Source: Candidatus Magasanikiibacteriota bacterium
Lineage (GTDB): Bacteria > Patescibacteriota > Patescibacteriia > Magasanikbacterales > 2-02-FULL-50-9b
Assembly (NCBI GenBank): GCA_903893485.1
Contig: CAITMK010000014.1
Location: 2,144-66,143, forward strand
Reading direction: 5' to 3'
DNA length: 64,000 bases
The notes beneath the pieces were generated by a model, which did no database searches, had not been told where the DNA came from, and was given only the letters and a program-made list of their open reading frames with translations. Positions 38,993-48,970 of this stretch are shown here, piece by piece (within the stretch, counting starts at the first letter, position 1; each line of letters opens with the position of its first letter). Made by a program: the position numbers and the translations under genes.

Positions 38993-39679
38993 TTAAGCGC
39001 CAAAATATTTTTCTTTATAAAAGCGAATCAACTGTTCAATTTCCGGAATTGCGGCCGGATCGCCCACGCCAACTTTCAATTTTTTCTGCATGTCTTCGAG
39101 GTTCAGTGCGCCTTCCAAAACGGCTTCTTCAATATCTTTGTCGGTAATATTCATGCGTGCGTCAATCACACGTGCGCCTTCAACTTCTACGCGATCATGT
39201 TTACCAACCGCGTGGAAATAATTATTTACCGCTTTGCGGAATGCTTTGTCAGCGAGCACCGAACAATGAATTTTACGATTTGGCAAACCACCAAGGCGTT
39301 CCATAATATCTTGCGGTTTAATTTTAAGCGCATCGGTAAGCGTGAGACCGTCATTTTCGGTAACCATGACACTAAACATTGAGGTCGCCGCAATGGCACT
39401 ACCACAACCAAAAGTTTTCCATTTCAAATCAACGACGCGTTCAGTTGCAGGATCAACTTTAATCCAAATATCCATTACGTCGCCGCATGCAGGCGAACCA
39501 ACCGTACCGCGCGCATCAAATTGATCTGGCGCTGGTTCTTCCAAAAGCAAATTTTTTGGATGAAAAAAATGTTCCTTCACAATTGGTGAATACGCCCACT
39601 TTTGTTTGGTGTGCGGGTTAACGACATCAGCCGTTTGCATGTCGGAGGTTGTGAGTGGTTTTGCGTTTGTATCTTCCAT
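38993..39679 (-). CDS. NifU/IscU-like Fe-S cluster scaffold protein with Cys-less C-terminal extension
   Basis: IscU-like core GSPACGDVMDIWIKVD ... KIHCSVLA; C-terminal 70 aa resembles a BFD-like domain but lacks cysteines. Confidence 0.8.
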   Translation of the reverse strand: MEDTNAKPLTTSDMQTADVVNPHTKQKWAYSPIVKEHFFHPKNLLLEEPAPDQFDARGTVGSPACGDVMDIWIKVDPATERVVDLKWKTFGCGSAIAATSMFSVMVTENDGLTLTDALKIKPQDIMERLGGLPNRKIHCSVLADKAFRKAVNNYFHAVGKHDRVEVEGARVIDARMNITDKDIEEAVLEGALNLEDMQKKLKVGVGDPAAIPEIEQLIRFYKEKYFGA

Positions 39680-39688
39680 ATAATTATT

Positions 39689-40981
39689 TTATTTTTTCAT
39701 CCAGTGAGGCACACCGTCTTCGACGAATGCACTGTGCGCTGCAATATTTTCTTGTTTTTGATCCATTGAGAGATTGAGCGGCGAAATTGACCGCAGAAGT
39801 GCGACAACCGGTGGAAGCACTTCGAGCACGTGATCAATATCTTCGCGCGTAGTAGACGCGCCGAGTGTCATACGAAGCGATCCATGCGCATATTCATATG
39901 GCTTGCCCATCGCCAAAATCACGTGTGATGGATCGAGCGATGTTGAAGTGCATGCCGAACCGGTTGAAAGCGAAATTCCAAATTCATCCATGTAAAGTAG
40001 CGCGGCTTCGCCTTCGATATCTAAAATCGTAAAATTCAAATTATTTGGCAAACGATTCGTCGGATGGCCATTCAAAATTACTTTTGGTACACGCACTTGA
40101 ATTTCGGCCCACAAATAATTGCGAAGTTCAGCAAGACGCGCATTTTCGGTTTCACGTTTTTCTGTTGCAATTTCCAACGCGCGTGCAAGCCCTACAATCG
40201 CAGGAACGTTTTCAGTACCCGAACGAAGTCGATTTTCCTGACCGCCACCAACGATAAGTGGTACAAGTTGTACGCCGCGGCGTACATACAAAATCCCAAC
40301 ACCTTTTGGCCCATAAATTTTAGAACCATTCAGTGTAAGCAAATCAACTTTTAATTCATCAACGTTTAGGTTGAGCGCGCCAGCTGCCTGACATGCATCG
40401 GTGTGCAAAAAAGGCGGATCAATTGGCTTGCGGCCATTGTCTTTTTTCCAACGCTGAATCGCCGCGCCAATTTCTGCAATTGGCTCAATAGTGCCAACTT
40501 CATTGTTGGCATACATAATTGAAATCAAAACAGTTTCCGGGCGAAGCGCTGCAATAATATTTTCAACCGAAACTTCGGCGTGTTCATTCACGGTTGTTTC
40601 AGTAATTTCAAAACCTTCTTTTTTTAAAACTTCAGTTGGAAGCAAAACTGCATGATGTTCGATTTGGCTAGTTATAATATGCTTTCCCCATTTTGCACCG
40701 TACTTGCGGGCAATGCCAAAGAGTGCCAAATTATCACTTTCCGTGCCGCCGCCGGTAAAAATAATTTCTTCTGGACGTGAATGTAAAATTTGAGCGATTG
40801 ATTCGCGCGCGCTTGAAAGCGCTTCACTTGCATCGCGAGAAATTTCGTACAAACCGCTTGGATTACCAAAGTGGTCCGTGAAGTATGGAAGCATCGCTGC
40901 AACAACGTCTGGATGCGTTGGAGTGGTCGCCGCATGATCTAAATATACAATTCGTTTTTCAATTTCAGAAAGTGATTTCAT
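39689..40981 (-). CDS. Cysteine desulfurase (NifS/IscS family)
   Basis: PLP-dependent class V aminotransferase, active-site SGSACTS. Confidence 0.9.
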   Translation of the reverse strand: MKSLSEIEKRIVYLDHAATTPTHPDVVAAMLPYFTDHFGNPSGLYEISRDASEALSSARESIAQILHSRPEEIIFTGGGTESDNLALFGIARKYGAKWGKHIITSQIEHHAVLLPTEVLKKEGFEITETTVNEHAEVSVENIIAALRPETVLISIMYANNEVGTIEPIAEIGAAIQRWKKDNGRKPIDPPFLHTDACQAAGALNLNVDELKVDLLTLNGSKIYGPKGVGILYVRRGVQLVPLIVGGGQENRLRSGTENVPAIVGLARALEIATEKRETENARLAELRNYLWAEIQVRVPKVILNGHPTNRLPNNLNFTILDIEGEAALLYMDEFGISLSTGSACTSTSLDPSHVILAMGKPYEYAHGSLRMTLGASTTREDIDHVLEVLPPVVALLRSISPLNLSMDQKQENIAAHSAFVEDGVPHWMKK

Positions 40982-41391
40982 ACTTTTTTGATAAGATCCG
41001 CGACAGTTATTGATTGTAAATATTTTTGAATATACGCATTGATGGTATGAAAATTAGTACGCGTCATGCACACCGATGCGTGAGGACAGCTCACGTCATT
41101 TACAGTAAGACAAGGCACCATGGCCATTTCACCTTCAAGTGCATCAGCGACTTTGAGCACCGTGATTTTGTCGGCAGGCAAAGCAAGTTTATAACCCCCG
41201 CTGCGTCCTTTGGATGCGGTCACCAAGTTTGCCGCACGAAGTTTACCTACAATGCGCTGCAAAAAAAGAAACGAAACGCGCCCACGCTTTGCAAATACTG
41301 ACAACGCCAAACTCTCCCCTTCTTGAAGTTTTGAAAGGGCTGCTAAAAATTGGAGTGCGTAATCGGTTTGTTTGTTGAGGGTTAAGGCCAT
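40978..41391 (-). CDS. Rrf2-family transcriptional regulator (IscR-like, 3-Cys)
   Basis: wHTH MALTLNKQTDYALQFL; CLTVNDVSCPHASVC cluster ligands. Confidence 0.85.
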   Translation of the reverse strand: MALTLNKQTDYALQFLAALSKLQEGESLALSVFAKRGRVSFLFLQRIVGKLRAANLVTASKGRSGGYKLALPADKITVLKVADALEGEMAMVPCLTVNDVSCPHASVCMTRTNFHTINAYIQKYLQSITVADLIKKV

Positions 41392-41519
41392 AAATACATA
41401 CCATTCAGGCATGTGAAATACATTACCAGAACTAATTCAGACTGTCAAGGTATGTTATTAATGCGGCTAAAACCAGATTTTCTTGCTTTATTAGCCTAAA
41501 CTTCGTATAGTAATCACAT

Positions 41520-41897
41520 ATGACACAAACAAAAAACCTGATTCGAAACATCTATTTATACCTCGTTAGTGCAATCTCACTTTTCATGATTGTATTTTCG
41601 CTTGTAAGTATGGTTAATTTAGCGCTTCGCACTTGGGTATTTCCGCAAGCTGACTATAATTATTACCAGACTGCACCAGTAGCCATTCCATGCACCCCAG
41701 ACCCAACAAATAAAATTACTTGTCCAACCGCCGAGCAGCAAGCAACTCAAAAAGCGCTTGATGATAAAAATGCCGAACAAAATCGCATTGCGCAGCGCGA
41801 CCGCGATTTAGTACAAGAAATTTCGTTTTTAATCATTGCCATACCACTTTTCTGGTATCATTGGTTATTAATTCGTCGCGACCGCGAAGAAGCCTAA
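41520..41897 (+). CDS. Hypothetical two-TM membrane protein
   Basis: TTGCTT-17-TATAGT promoter upstream; TM helices at both ends. Confidence 0.45.
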   Translation: MTQTKNLIRNIYLYLVSAISLFMIVFSLVSMVNLALRTWVFPQADYNYYQTAPVAIPCTPDPTNKITCPTAEQQATQKALDDKNAEQNRIAQRDRDLVQEISFLIIAIPLFWYHWLLIRRDREEA

Positions 41898-41949
41898 ATA
41901 AATTTACTCAAAAGTGCGTACGGGCGGTAGCCAATGCGCACTTTTGATT

Positions 41950-42516
41950 TTAGGCGTACGAGAGAATCGCCGGCGCCATAAAAGACCGTGTAACCGTTGC
42001 GTCTACAACACCAAGCGAGTAGGCCCCTGTGTCGCGCATGAAGCACGCCCGATACTGAAACGAATTTCCAATATACGTGCAGGAACACACAATTGGTTCG
42101 TCCCAAAATAAATGCGGAAATTGCGCGTACACAAACATGCCCTGACGAATGGTGATACCCTGATCAGGAAACTTACCGCTTTCAAATTGGACCGCAAACC
42201 AATACACGGAATTTTCGTGACTCGGCTCCAAATCAACAGCCAAATACTTTTGCGCACCAAGCGGAAACCAGATGGTCAGCTGACGGCACATATCACGAAA
42301 AAACATACGCTCATCGGCTAAAATGAGATGTGCTCCTGCGTGCTGCGCCGCAAAAAATAACTCCTTGGGAATCTCGGGAATCGAGAGAAGGTACTTTTGG
42401 AACGGCTGCCGCGCGCCAGGCCACCCACAATCATGCAACCGTTGCGCACGCTGCACGCGAAGTTCGTGACGATTTTGCACCGCGGTACCGAGAGAAAGTT
42501 TGGTTACCAATTCCAT
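41950..42516 (-). CDS. GC-rich island F hypothetical protein (188 aa)
   Basis: SD AGGAG 7 nt before ATG; TTGACA 60 nt upstream; aromatic-rich; no recognisable domain. Confidence 0.5.
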   Translation of the reverse strand: MELVTKLSLGTAVQNRHELRVQRAQRLHDCGWPGARQPFQKYLLSIPEIPKELFFAAQHAGAHLILADERMFFRDMCRQLTIWFPLGAQKYLAVDLEPSHENSVYWFAVQFESGKFPDQGITIRQGMFVYAQFPHLFWDEPIVCSCTYIGNSFQYRACFMRDTGAYSLGVVDATVTRSFMAPAILSYA

Positions 42517-42595
42517 GACGCACTCCTATGAACTGAAGGATAGTTCTATTAACCGGGTTCCACGCTTTCCAAAAACTGTCAAGTGTGATTAAATT

Positions 42596-43249
42596 GTGAG
42601 TATGTTACTCACACTTCTCGAAAAAAAGATCCTCACCGAGGATACCCGTAGCTTTACTTTTGCAGCAGAAGGCCCTTTTTTATTTGAACCAGGCCAATTT
42701 ACCATGCTCAGCCAAATAGGTGCAGCACCCAAAGATCGCCGGGCATTTTCCGTGGCAAGCGCGCCAAATGCCTCAACTTTAACTTTTTTAGTCACTTACA
42801 AACCAGAGGGTCATGTTTCAGGTTTTTTAGAAACCGCAAACATCGGCGCTCAAATTGAAGCTCAAAAACCAATTGGACGTTTTGTACTAAACCCTCAGGA
42901 CACGGCTCGAGTTTTTATTGCAACTGGCACAGGCCTTGCGCCAATGATTAGTTTTATTGAAAGCGACACGCCAAAAATTCCAACTACCATTTTATTTGGC
43001 GTTCGAAATGAATCACGTTTGTTTTGGACGGATAAGTTACCCGTGGATGCGCTCATCACGCTTTCGCAACCTTCAAATACTTGGAGCGGCCTAAAAGGAC
43101 GCGTCACAAATCATACAGCTGATTTAATTACAAAAAACGCAAATGCCGCTTGGTACATTTGTGGAAACCCTGAAATGGTAAAAGAGGTTCGCGCCGCACT
43201 ACTTACAGCTTCAATACCAACGGCAAATATTCACTTTGAGATTTACTAA
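42596..43249 (+). CDS. Ferredoxin-NADP reductase-like FAD/NAD(P)-binding oxidoreductase
   Basis: RAFSVAS (RxYS-type FAD motif) and GTGLAPM NAD(P) motif. Confidence 0.75.
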   Translation: MSMLLTLLEKKILTEDTRSFTFAAEGPFLFEPGQFTMLSQIGAAPKDRRAFSVASAPNASTLTFLVTYKPEGHVSGFLETANIGAQIEAQKPIGRFVLNPQDTARVFIATGTGLAPMISFIESDTPKIPTTILFGVRNESRLFWTDKLPVDALITLSQPSNTWSGLKGRVTNHTADLITKNANAAWYICGNPEMVKEVRAALLTASIPTANIHFEIY

Positions 43250-44373
43250 ACAATACTTAAATACAAACTCTCAATTGAATTTACCATGTGATTCAGTGTA
43301 AATTCTTCTGGCAAGCCTGGCATAAGATGCGGTGGATTCAATAAAATCTCAGAGATTTTTTCTGCTAACAATTCTGGAGAATGCGAAACCACCAATTGCA
43401 TTCCAGGACCTTCGCCAATTTCCGCAACACCACCAACGCGCGTTGCAACAATCGGGACGCCAGCTAATTTTGCTTCAAGCAAAACATATGGCAGACCTTC
43501 TTTGGTTGATGACAGGCAAATTACATCGGCACCTTTGATATGCGAAACCGCACCAGCCCGCTGCCCTGCCATAAATACGGTCTTAGCAAGGATTGGCACT
43601 GCCTGAATAAGCGCTTCACATTTTGCGCGTTCTTCGCCGTCACCGATAATTAAAAGCCGCGCTTTTGGATCTCTACGAACCACAAATTCAAATGAACGAA
43701 TCAAGAGCGGAATATTTTTTGGTGGGTACAAATTTGCAATCGCAACTGCCAAATGCGCGTCCGACAAATTCGCTCCAGCCCAGCGAGACATTTCTGCACG
43801 CGCATTCGATCGCGACAAAAACGCATCCGTGCTTTGAAGTGCAATACCATTATGTATGGTAATAATTTTTTTTGGTTGCACAATCCACGCTTTAATTGCT
43901 GCCTCACGATCACTATCTGAAACCGCAATAACGCGATCTCGAAAAATAGATGCAAACCATTCCACGCATCTATAAAACCATTGTTTTTTTAATGAAATAT
44001 TTTCTCGAAATACAAATCCGTGTGCGGTATACACAACATGCGCCCCAGCAATCTTGCCCGCAATTGAAGCGATAACTCCAGCTTTTGAGCTGTGACAATG
44101 TACCACATCTGGTTTTAATTTTCGGACAAGCCGATAGAGTTCAACTAGTGCGCGAATTTCTGATACAAATGAAATATCTCGAATCAAATGTGGAATCCGA
44201 ACAACAGCAATGGTGGAATTTGCCTCATAGAGCGCTGATTCGAGCGCCATTTGAGTTCCACCGATCGCAACCGTCACTTCATAGCCGCGTGCTGCAAGTT
44301 CCGCTGAGGTATCCAAAACATGACGCTGCGCGCCACCAAGATCCCCCAGCGTAATTACCATTAAAATTTTCAT
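43246..44373 (-). CDS. GT4-family glycosyltransferase
   Basis: C-terminal EGLPYVLLEAKLAGVPIVAT motif; start MKILMVI. Confidence 0.85.
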   Translation of the reverse strand: MKILMVITLGDLGGAQRHVLDTSAELAARGYEVTVAIGGTQMALESALYEANSTIAVVRIPHLIRDISFVSEIRALVELYRLVRKLKPDVVHCHSSKAGVIASIAGKIAGAHVVYTAHGFVFRENISLKKQWFYRCVEWFASIFRDRVIAVSDSDREAAIKAWIVQPKKIITIHNGIALQSTDAFLSRSNARAEMSRWAGANLSDAHLAVAIANLYPPKNIPLLIRSFEFVVRRDPKARLLIIGDGEERAKCEALIQAVPILAKTVFMAGQRAGAVSHIKGADVICLSSTKEGLPYVLLEAKLAGVPIVATRVGGVAEIGEGPGMQLVVSHSPELLAEKISEILLNPPHLMPGLPEEFTLNHMVNSIESLYLSIV

Positions 44374-44517
44374 GATTAGGAAATAGTATACCCTACGGGC
44401 GCTGATGTGTGCCATACCACCAAGCGCCCGCAAAATATTCCCCCCTTACAATAATGCGAGATATCCTCCGTCTTACAAGCTGTCCCCAGGGATTTTCCAG
44501 CAATTCCCCTCCTTGCC

Positions 44518-44678
44518 AAAAAAACCGTGCGCGTTGATCTCGGCAACGCGGTGAACAAAAGTTCATCAGACCGCCCCCCTCCTTTGCATACGGGGTCTTT
44601 TTTAAAAAAATGACCGCTCAAACAAAGTTTCTGGAGCGACTTAACCTTAACACAAATGGCGCCCTTTTTCAAGGGCGC
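44518..44678. other. Hairpin-rich, C-tract-rich 5' region of GT4 gene with three GC hairpins (candidate sRNA or attenuator)
   Basis: CGCGTTG-loop-CAACGCG preceded by an A-run; AGACCGCCCC ... GGGGTCTTTTTT; GGCGCCC-TTTTTCAA-GGGCGCC. Confidence 0.3.
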
Positions 44679-44711
44679 CACGATCACAACTTATCCCTGG
44701 GGAAAAGTGGA

Positions 44712-44993
44712 TTATTTCAACTTCTTAGCCAGCGAATTTAAAGCTTTTTTAACTTCGGCGTGACCTGCTGATTTATCCCAACTCTTAAGTGCTGCTGACA
44801 CATCTTTCTTGATATTTTTAATACCATCTGGATGTCCAGCTGCATATTCTTTTTGGATTTTGCCCCACACGTCTTTAATTTTTTCTTCGATTAAAGCCTT
44901 TTTTTCTTTACCTTTTGGCGTTGTCTGCATCCAAACAGACAAAGCGCCCACAAGACCTCCAAGAGCGACGCCCTTTAAAAATCTTTTACCCAT
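44712..44993 (-). CDS. YtxH-like small membrane-associated protein
   Basis: N-terminal GVALGGLVGALSV then Lys-rich helix. Confidence 0.4.
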   Translation of the reverse strand: MGKRFLKGVALGGLVGALSVWMQTTPKGKEKKALIEEKIKDVWGKIQKEYAAGHPDGIKNIKKDVSAALKSWDKSAGHAEVKKALNSLAKKLK

Positions 44994-44998
44994 AGATT

Positions 44999-45772
44999 TT
45001 ATTTTGCAAGTGCGCGATCAACATATGCCTTTGCGCTATCGTATGAAAGCGCGCCTGGCATAAGTTCGAATGAACCATCAGCTGCTACAACAAATGTAGC
45101 TGGAGTACCCTGAACACCGATATTATTACCTTCCTGCTGCATTGCAGCAACCTTTGACGCAAATTTGCCGCTCTTAACACAAGCATCAACCGCTGCACGA
45201 TTTACGCCAACTTTAGCTGCAGTATCAAGGAGCATTGAAGCGCTCAGTGATTCCTGATTGCCAAATATTACTGTTGCAAACTTCCAAAATGCTGTGTTAC
45301 CACCAAGACTTGTTACACATTCAGCGGTTTGAGCTGCTTGTTGTGCAAATTGGTGAATAGAATCAAGTGGAAAATGACGGTACACAAGGCGAACCTGACC
45401 ATTTGAGCTGTCAACTAACTGTTCTGCGGTTGGAAAAAAACTCTTACAAAATGGGCACTGCAAATCTGAGTATTCAACCAAAGTTACTTTTGCATTTTTG
45501 TTACCGTATAAATGTTCATCGGCGCCAACAGCTGCGGGAGCTTTGGTCGTAGGCTGAGCACCGGATGGTGCTGCAGCAGATGGGCTTGGAGCCGCACCAT
45601 TTGCCTGATCACCATACGTGGTGCTGTAATCGCCACCTTTATGAAGCGTGATGCCAAGTAAAATGAAAAAACCAATCGTACAAAGTACTAAAACGCCACC
45701 GAGCAATCCTCCCCAAAATAAAACGCGTGGTGGCAAAGCGTCCATCCAAGATTTCTGTTCTTGTGTGTCCAT
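44999..45772 (-). CDS. DsbA-family thiol:disulfide oxidoreductase, membrane-anchored
   Basis: N-terminal TM, CPFC active site in DLQCPFCKSF. Confidence 0.8.
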   Translation of the reverse strand: MDTQEQKSWMDALPPRVLFWGGLLGGVLVLCTIGFFILLGITLHKGGDYSTTYGDQANGAAPSPSAAAPSGAQPTTKAPAAVGADEHLYGNKNAKVTLVEYSDLQCPFCKSFFPTAEQLVDSSNGQVRLVYRHFPLDSIHQFAQQAAQTAECVTSLGGNTAFWKFATVIFGNQESLSASMLLDTAAKVGVNRAAVDACVKSGKFASKVAAMQQEGNNIGVQGTPATFVVAADGSFELMPGALSYDSAKAYVDRALAK

Positions 45773-45803
45773 ATAAAAAATAAAATGAATTACGTGGCTG
45801 GGA

Positions 45804-46886
45804 TTATAGCAGATTTACAAGTCGCTCTGCAACTTTTTTCCAGTTACCTTGGGCTGCAGCGGCCGCCGGCGCGTGCTCCGCTGCCCGAATCCACCATGGC
45901 TGATCAATAATAAAACTTTCGAGTACCTGCGCAAGCGCGCCAGCATCGCCAGGAGGTACTAATTTACCTACTGAAAAGCCCTGCATCACTGTACTCGTAC
46001 CCGGCAAATCACTCACAATGATTGGCGTACCACAAGCAAGCGCCTCAAGAAGCACCAATCCAAACGTTTCCGAGCTATCAGTTGATGGCAAAACTAACGC
46101 ATGTGCATTTTGATATTCCTGTACGAGCAATTCATCAGAAATAGAACCTAAAAAAGTTACGCGATCTGCGATAGCCAGTTCTTTTGCCCGAAGTTCAAAT
46201 GAAGCGCGCAAGTCACCGTCACCAACAATACGCAAAAAACAGTTATGCCCCGCGGTAACGCATGCCGCAAACGCTTCAAGCAAAATCGGTACACCTTTAA
46301 AATAATGTGTCGTCGCTAAGCGACCAACAAATAAAAATGTAATATCGTTGCCCCATTTTTTAGGAACCGAAAAAAATTTTTGATGAACACCGAACGGAAT
46401 AACTCGAATCTGCTGCGAGGGACCAATCAAAGAATTTGTAGCGAGTGCATCACTACTGACGCGCACGATATCCGCCATGCGCACCGCCGCTCGCAAAAAT
46501 AATCGTTCACACGCAAAAATAATGTTACGCCAACCTGTACCAACGGGGTCCATGTGCAATGTCACCACTAATCGCCCTCGAAAAATAAGTTTCCAAAAAA
46601 TAAGCGGCACCAAAAAACCGTACGCTGGCAACTGCGCATATACCACATCAAAATCGCGCAGATACCAAAAAAGTTGTGGCACAAATCCGCCAAGCGAAAT
46701 CCGTGGAAATCCACGGAGCCGACGCAAAGCAAATGGTACGTCGCCCAAATCACCGCCGGCGAGCGTAAAAACAGTTACGTCAAAAAAATCAGGTAACGCG
46801 ATTGCCTCCGCAGTCGCAGCCGTTGCCATTCCACCTTGGGTTGGCGCAAAAACAGCGCTTACCAATGCGATTTTTTTTTTGGTCAT
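45804..46886 (-). CDS. GT4-family glycosyltransferase
   Basis: ETFGLVLLEALACGTPIIVSDLPG motif. Confidence 0.8.
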   Translation of the reverse strand: MTKKKIALVSAVFAPTQGGMATAATAEAIALPDFFDVTVFTLAGGDLGDVPFALRRLRGFPRISLGGFVPQLFWYLRDFDVVYAQLPAYGFLVPLIFWKLIFRGRLVVTLHMDPVGTGWRNIIFACERLFLRAAVRMADIVRVSSDALATNSLIGPSQQIRVIPFGVHQKFFSVPKKWGNDITFLFVGRLATTHYFKGVPILLEAFAACVTAGHNCFLRIVGDGDLRASFELRAKELAIADRVTFLGSISDELLVQEYQNAHALVLPSTDSSETFGLVLLEALACGTPIIVSDLPGTSTVMQGFSVGKLVPPGDAGALAQVLESFIIDQPWWIRAAEHAPAAAAAQGNWKKVAERLVNLL

Positions 46887-47239
46887 ACCAAATCTTCTTT
46901 TTTTTCTTCAGCATTCAGCAGCGCAATTTCAGTCACCAAACGCGTCATGATATCTTCTTGACGCTCCAAACGAATTAAAATTCTGAGCACAATAAAAAAT
47001 AAAAGTGCAACTGAAATATACAGCGCTGCATCAACACCACGACCCACACCAATTTTTTGTGAGACCACGGTTGCGTAATTTGGAAACCACACAAAAAACA
47101 AAAAGCCTAGCGCGCCCGCAAACCAAACAGCCGCAAACATAATACCCATGCGTCGTGCGGCAGTGCGAGTAAAAATATTATAAATCGCAAAAAGCGCAAT
47201 AACCGAAAGTAAAATTTGAATAACCGAAGGTCCGTGCAT
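46883..47239 (-). CDS. DUF2304-family small membrane protein (GT2-associated)
   Basis: Three TM helices plus C-terminal amphipathic helix; directly downstream of a GtrB-like GT2. Confidence 0.5.
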   Translation of the reverse strand: MHGPSVIQILLSVIALFAIYNIFTRTAARRMGIMFAAVWFAGALGFLFFVWFPNYATVVSQKIGVGRGVDAALYISVALLFFIVLRILIRLERQEDIMTRLVTEIALLNAEEKKEDLV

Positions 47240-47240
47240 A

Positions 47241-47894
47241 TTAGGAAAAACTTTTAAGTACCAAACGCCACGCGGTACGGAATCCTTCAAATAAATTTTG
47301 GCCTTTGCTCATGGAGTATTCGGTATACACAATCTGAATGGGAATCTCAACAACTTTTGCATGAACACGATGTGCCTCCGCAACAATTTCGGATGAAATT
47401 TCCATGCGCGATGACGTTAAATGCATGCGACGAAGTGCTGACACCGAAATTGCACGAAAACCAGATTGCGTATCAACGAGCGCTGAACCAAATAAAATTC
47501 GTGTAAGAAGTGCGCCCAACCCGTTATACCACTGACGAATGGGCGGCATATGATTTGCTTGGCGGCGACCAATGATTATGTCTGCTCCCTGACCCAAGGC
47601 CGTAACAAAAGCTGCAATATCCGCACCAGTGTGCTGCCCATCGCTATCCATGGTAATTACCGAGTCAAAACCAAAACGCTGTGCATACAAAAAACCAGTG
47701 CGCAGCGCCGCACCCAAACCACGATTAATTACGTGGGTAACCACGCGAGCGCCACATGCGGCCGCAATTTGGCCCGTTGTGTCGCCAGAGCCATCATCAA
47801 CCACTAACACTGCCGATCCAGCCGGAATCGTCTTTAAGACGCTTGCGATGGTTCGGGCTTCATTATATGCAGGAATGATGATGAGAGTCTTCAT
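47241..47894 (-). CDS. GT2-family glycosyltransferase (dolichyl-phosphate mannose synthase/GtrB-like)
   Basis: MKTLIIIPAYNEARTIASVL ... VVDDGSGDTT. Confidence 0.85.
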   Translation of the reverse strand: MKTLIIIPAYNEARTIASVLKTIPAGSAVLVVDDGSGDTTGQIAAACGARVVTHVINRGLGAALRTGFLYAQRFGFDSVITMDSDGQHTGADIAAFVTALGQGADIIIGRRQANHMPPIRQWYNGLGALLTRILFGSALVDTQSGFRAISVSALRRMHLTSSRMEISSEIVAEAHRVHAKVVEIPIQIVYTEYSMSKGQNLFEGFRTAWRLVLKSFS

Positions 47895-47912
47895 AAGAAG
47901 GCCATTCTACCC

Positions 47913-48926
47913 TTACCCGCCTTCGTACGCAAGCCGGTGGCGATTAGCTGTAACATAGTCGATCATGCGCTGTAAACCATTATCAAGGCGCATCAGCGGC
48001 ATCCAACCGATCGCTTCTTTCGCATAGGTGATGTCTGGCATTGGGTGTTCTGATAAAAATTCGAGTGGCTGTTCGTATAGTATTGGCACTGTAGTACCCA
48101 AAAGTTTATTCACACGTGCTGCAACATCTTTCATGTAAAATTCTTCATCACCACCAATATTTACTGGCCCAACACCCGCAGGTACTTTTGCTAATTTGAT
48201 AAGCGCAGAAACCGCGTCTGTAACATATAAAAGTGACGTGCGAAAATTTTCCGTGCCATAAATTTTCATTGGCTCACCATCCATGGCTGACAAAACAAAT
48301 TCTGTAATCATCTGATCATCGAACATTTTAAGTCGTGGGCCGTAGGTGCGGAACAAACGCGCGATGCGCACATCAACACCAAATGTGTCTGCATAAATCG
48401 TAAGCATTGTTTCGGCAAACCGCTTACTTTCATCGTAGGCGGCGCGACTTTGCAAATGATTGGTAATGCCCACATCAGATTCCTTGACCGCCACATCTGA
48501 ATACCGCTGGCCATAAACAGTTGAAGACGATGCAAAAATAACTTTCGCCTTATACTGCATTGCAAGCATGAGCATGTTTTTGATACCAACACTGTGCGCA
48601 TCCAAAATTGGCACGCGCATGGCACGAAAATTGCGCACGCTCATAGGACATGCTAAATGATAAATTTCTGAAACACCATGCACGCTCATTTTGAAACGTT
48701 CGTACACAGGTAATGTTGATAAATCAAGCGGCTCAGTGATATCGTGTTTAATAAAAACAAAATCCGGATGCGCCAAAAGTTGTTCAATATTTGCTGAAGT
48801 GCTACTTGATAAATTATCAATGCAAATTACTCGCGCATCATCGAGTAATGATTCGCAAAGATGCGAGCCAATAAAACCGGCCCCGCCCAAAACAATTACG
48901 GTGCGTTTTTGTGTGCTATCTGCCAT
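47913..48926 (-). CDS. NAD-dependent epimerase/dehydratase (UDP-glucuronate decarboxylase/UXS-like)
   Basis: GGAGFIGSHL and YDESKRFAE catalytic YxxxK. Confidence 0.8.
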   Translation of the reverse strand: MADSTQKRTVIVLGGAGFIGSHLCESLLDDARVICIDNLSSSTSANIEQLLAHPDFVFIKHDITEPLDLSTLPVYERFKMSVHGVSEIYHLACPMSVRNFRAMRVPILDAHSVGIKNMLMLAMQYKAKVIFASSSTVYGQRYSDVAVKESDVGITNHLQSRAAYDESKRFAETMLTIYADTFGVDVRIARLFRTYGPRLKMFDDQMITEFVLSAMDGEPMKIYGTENFRTSLLYVTDAVSALIKLAKVPAGVGPVNIGGDEEFYMKDVAARVNKLLGTTVPILYEQPLEFLSEHPMPDITYAKEAIGWMPLMRLDNGLQRMIDYVTANRHRLAYEGG

Positions 48927-48970
48927 ATTTCAAAAAATAAGAACGTGCAAACACTATATACCAAAATGCG

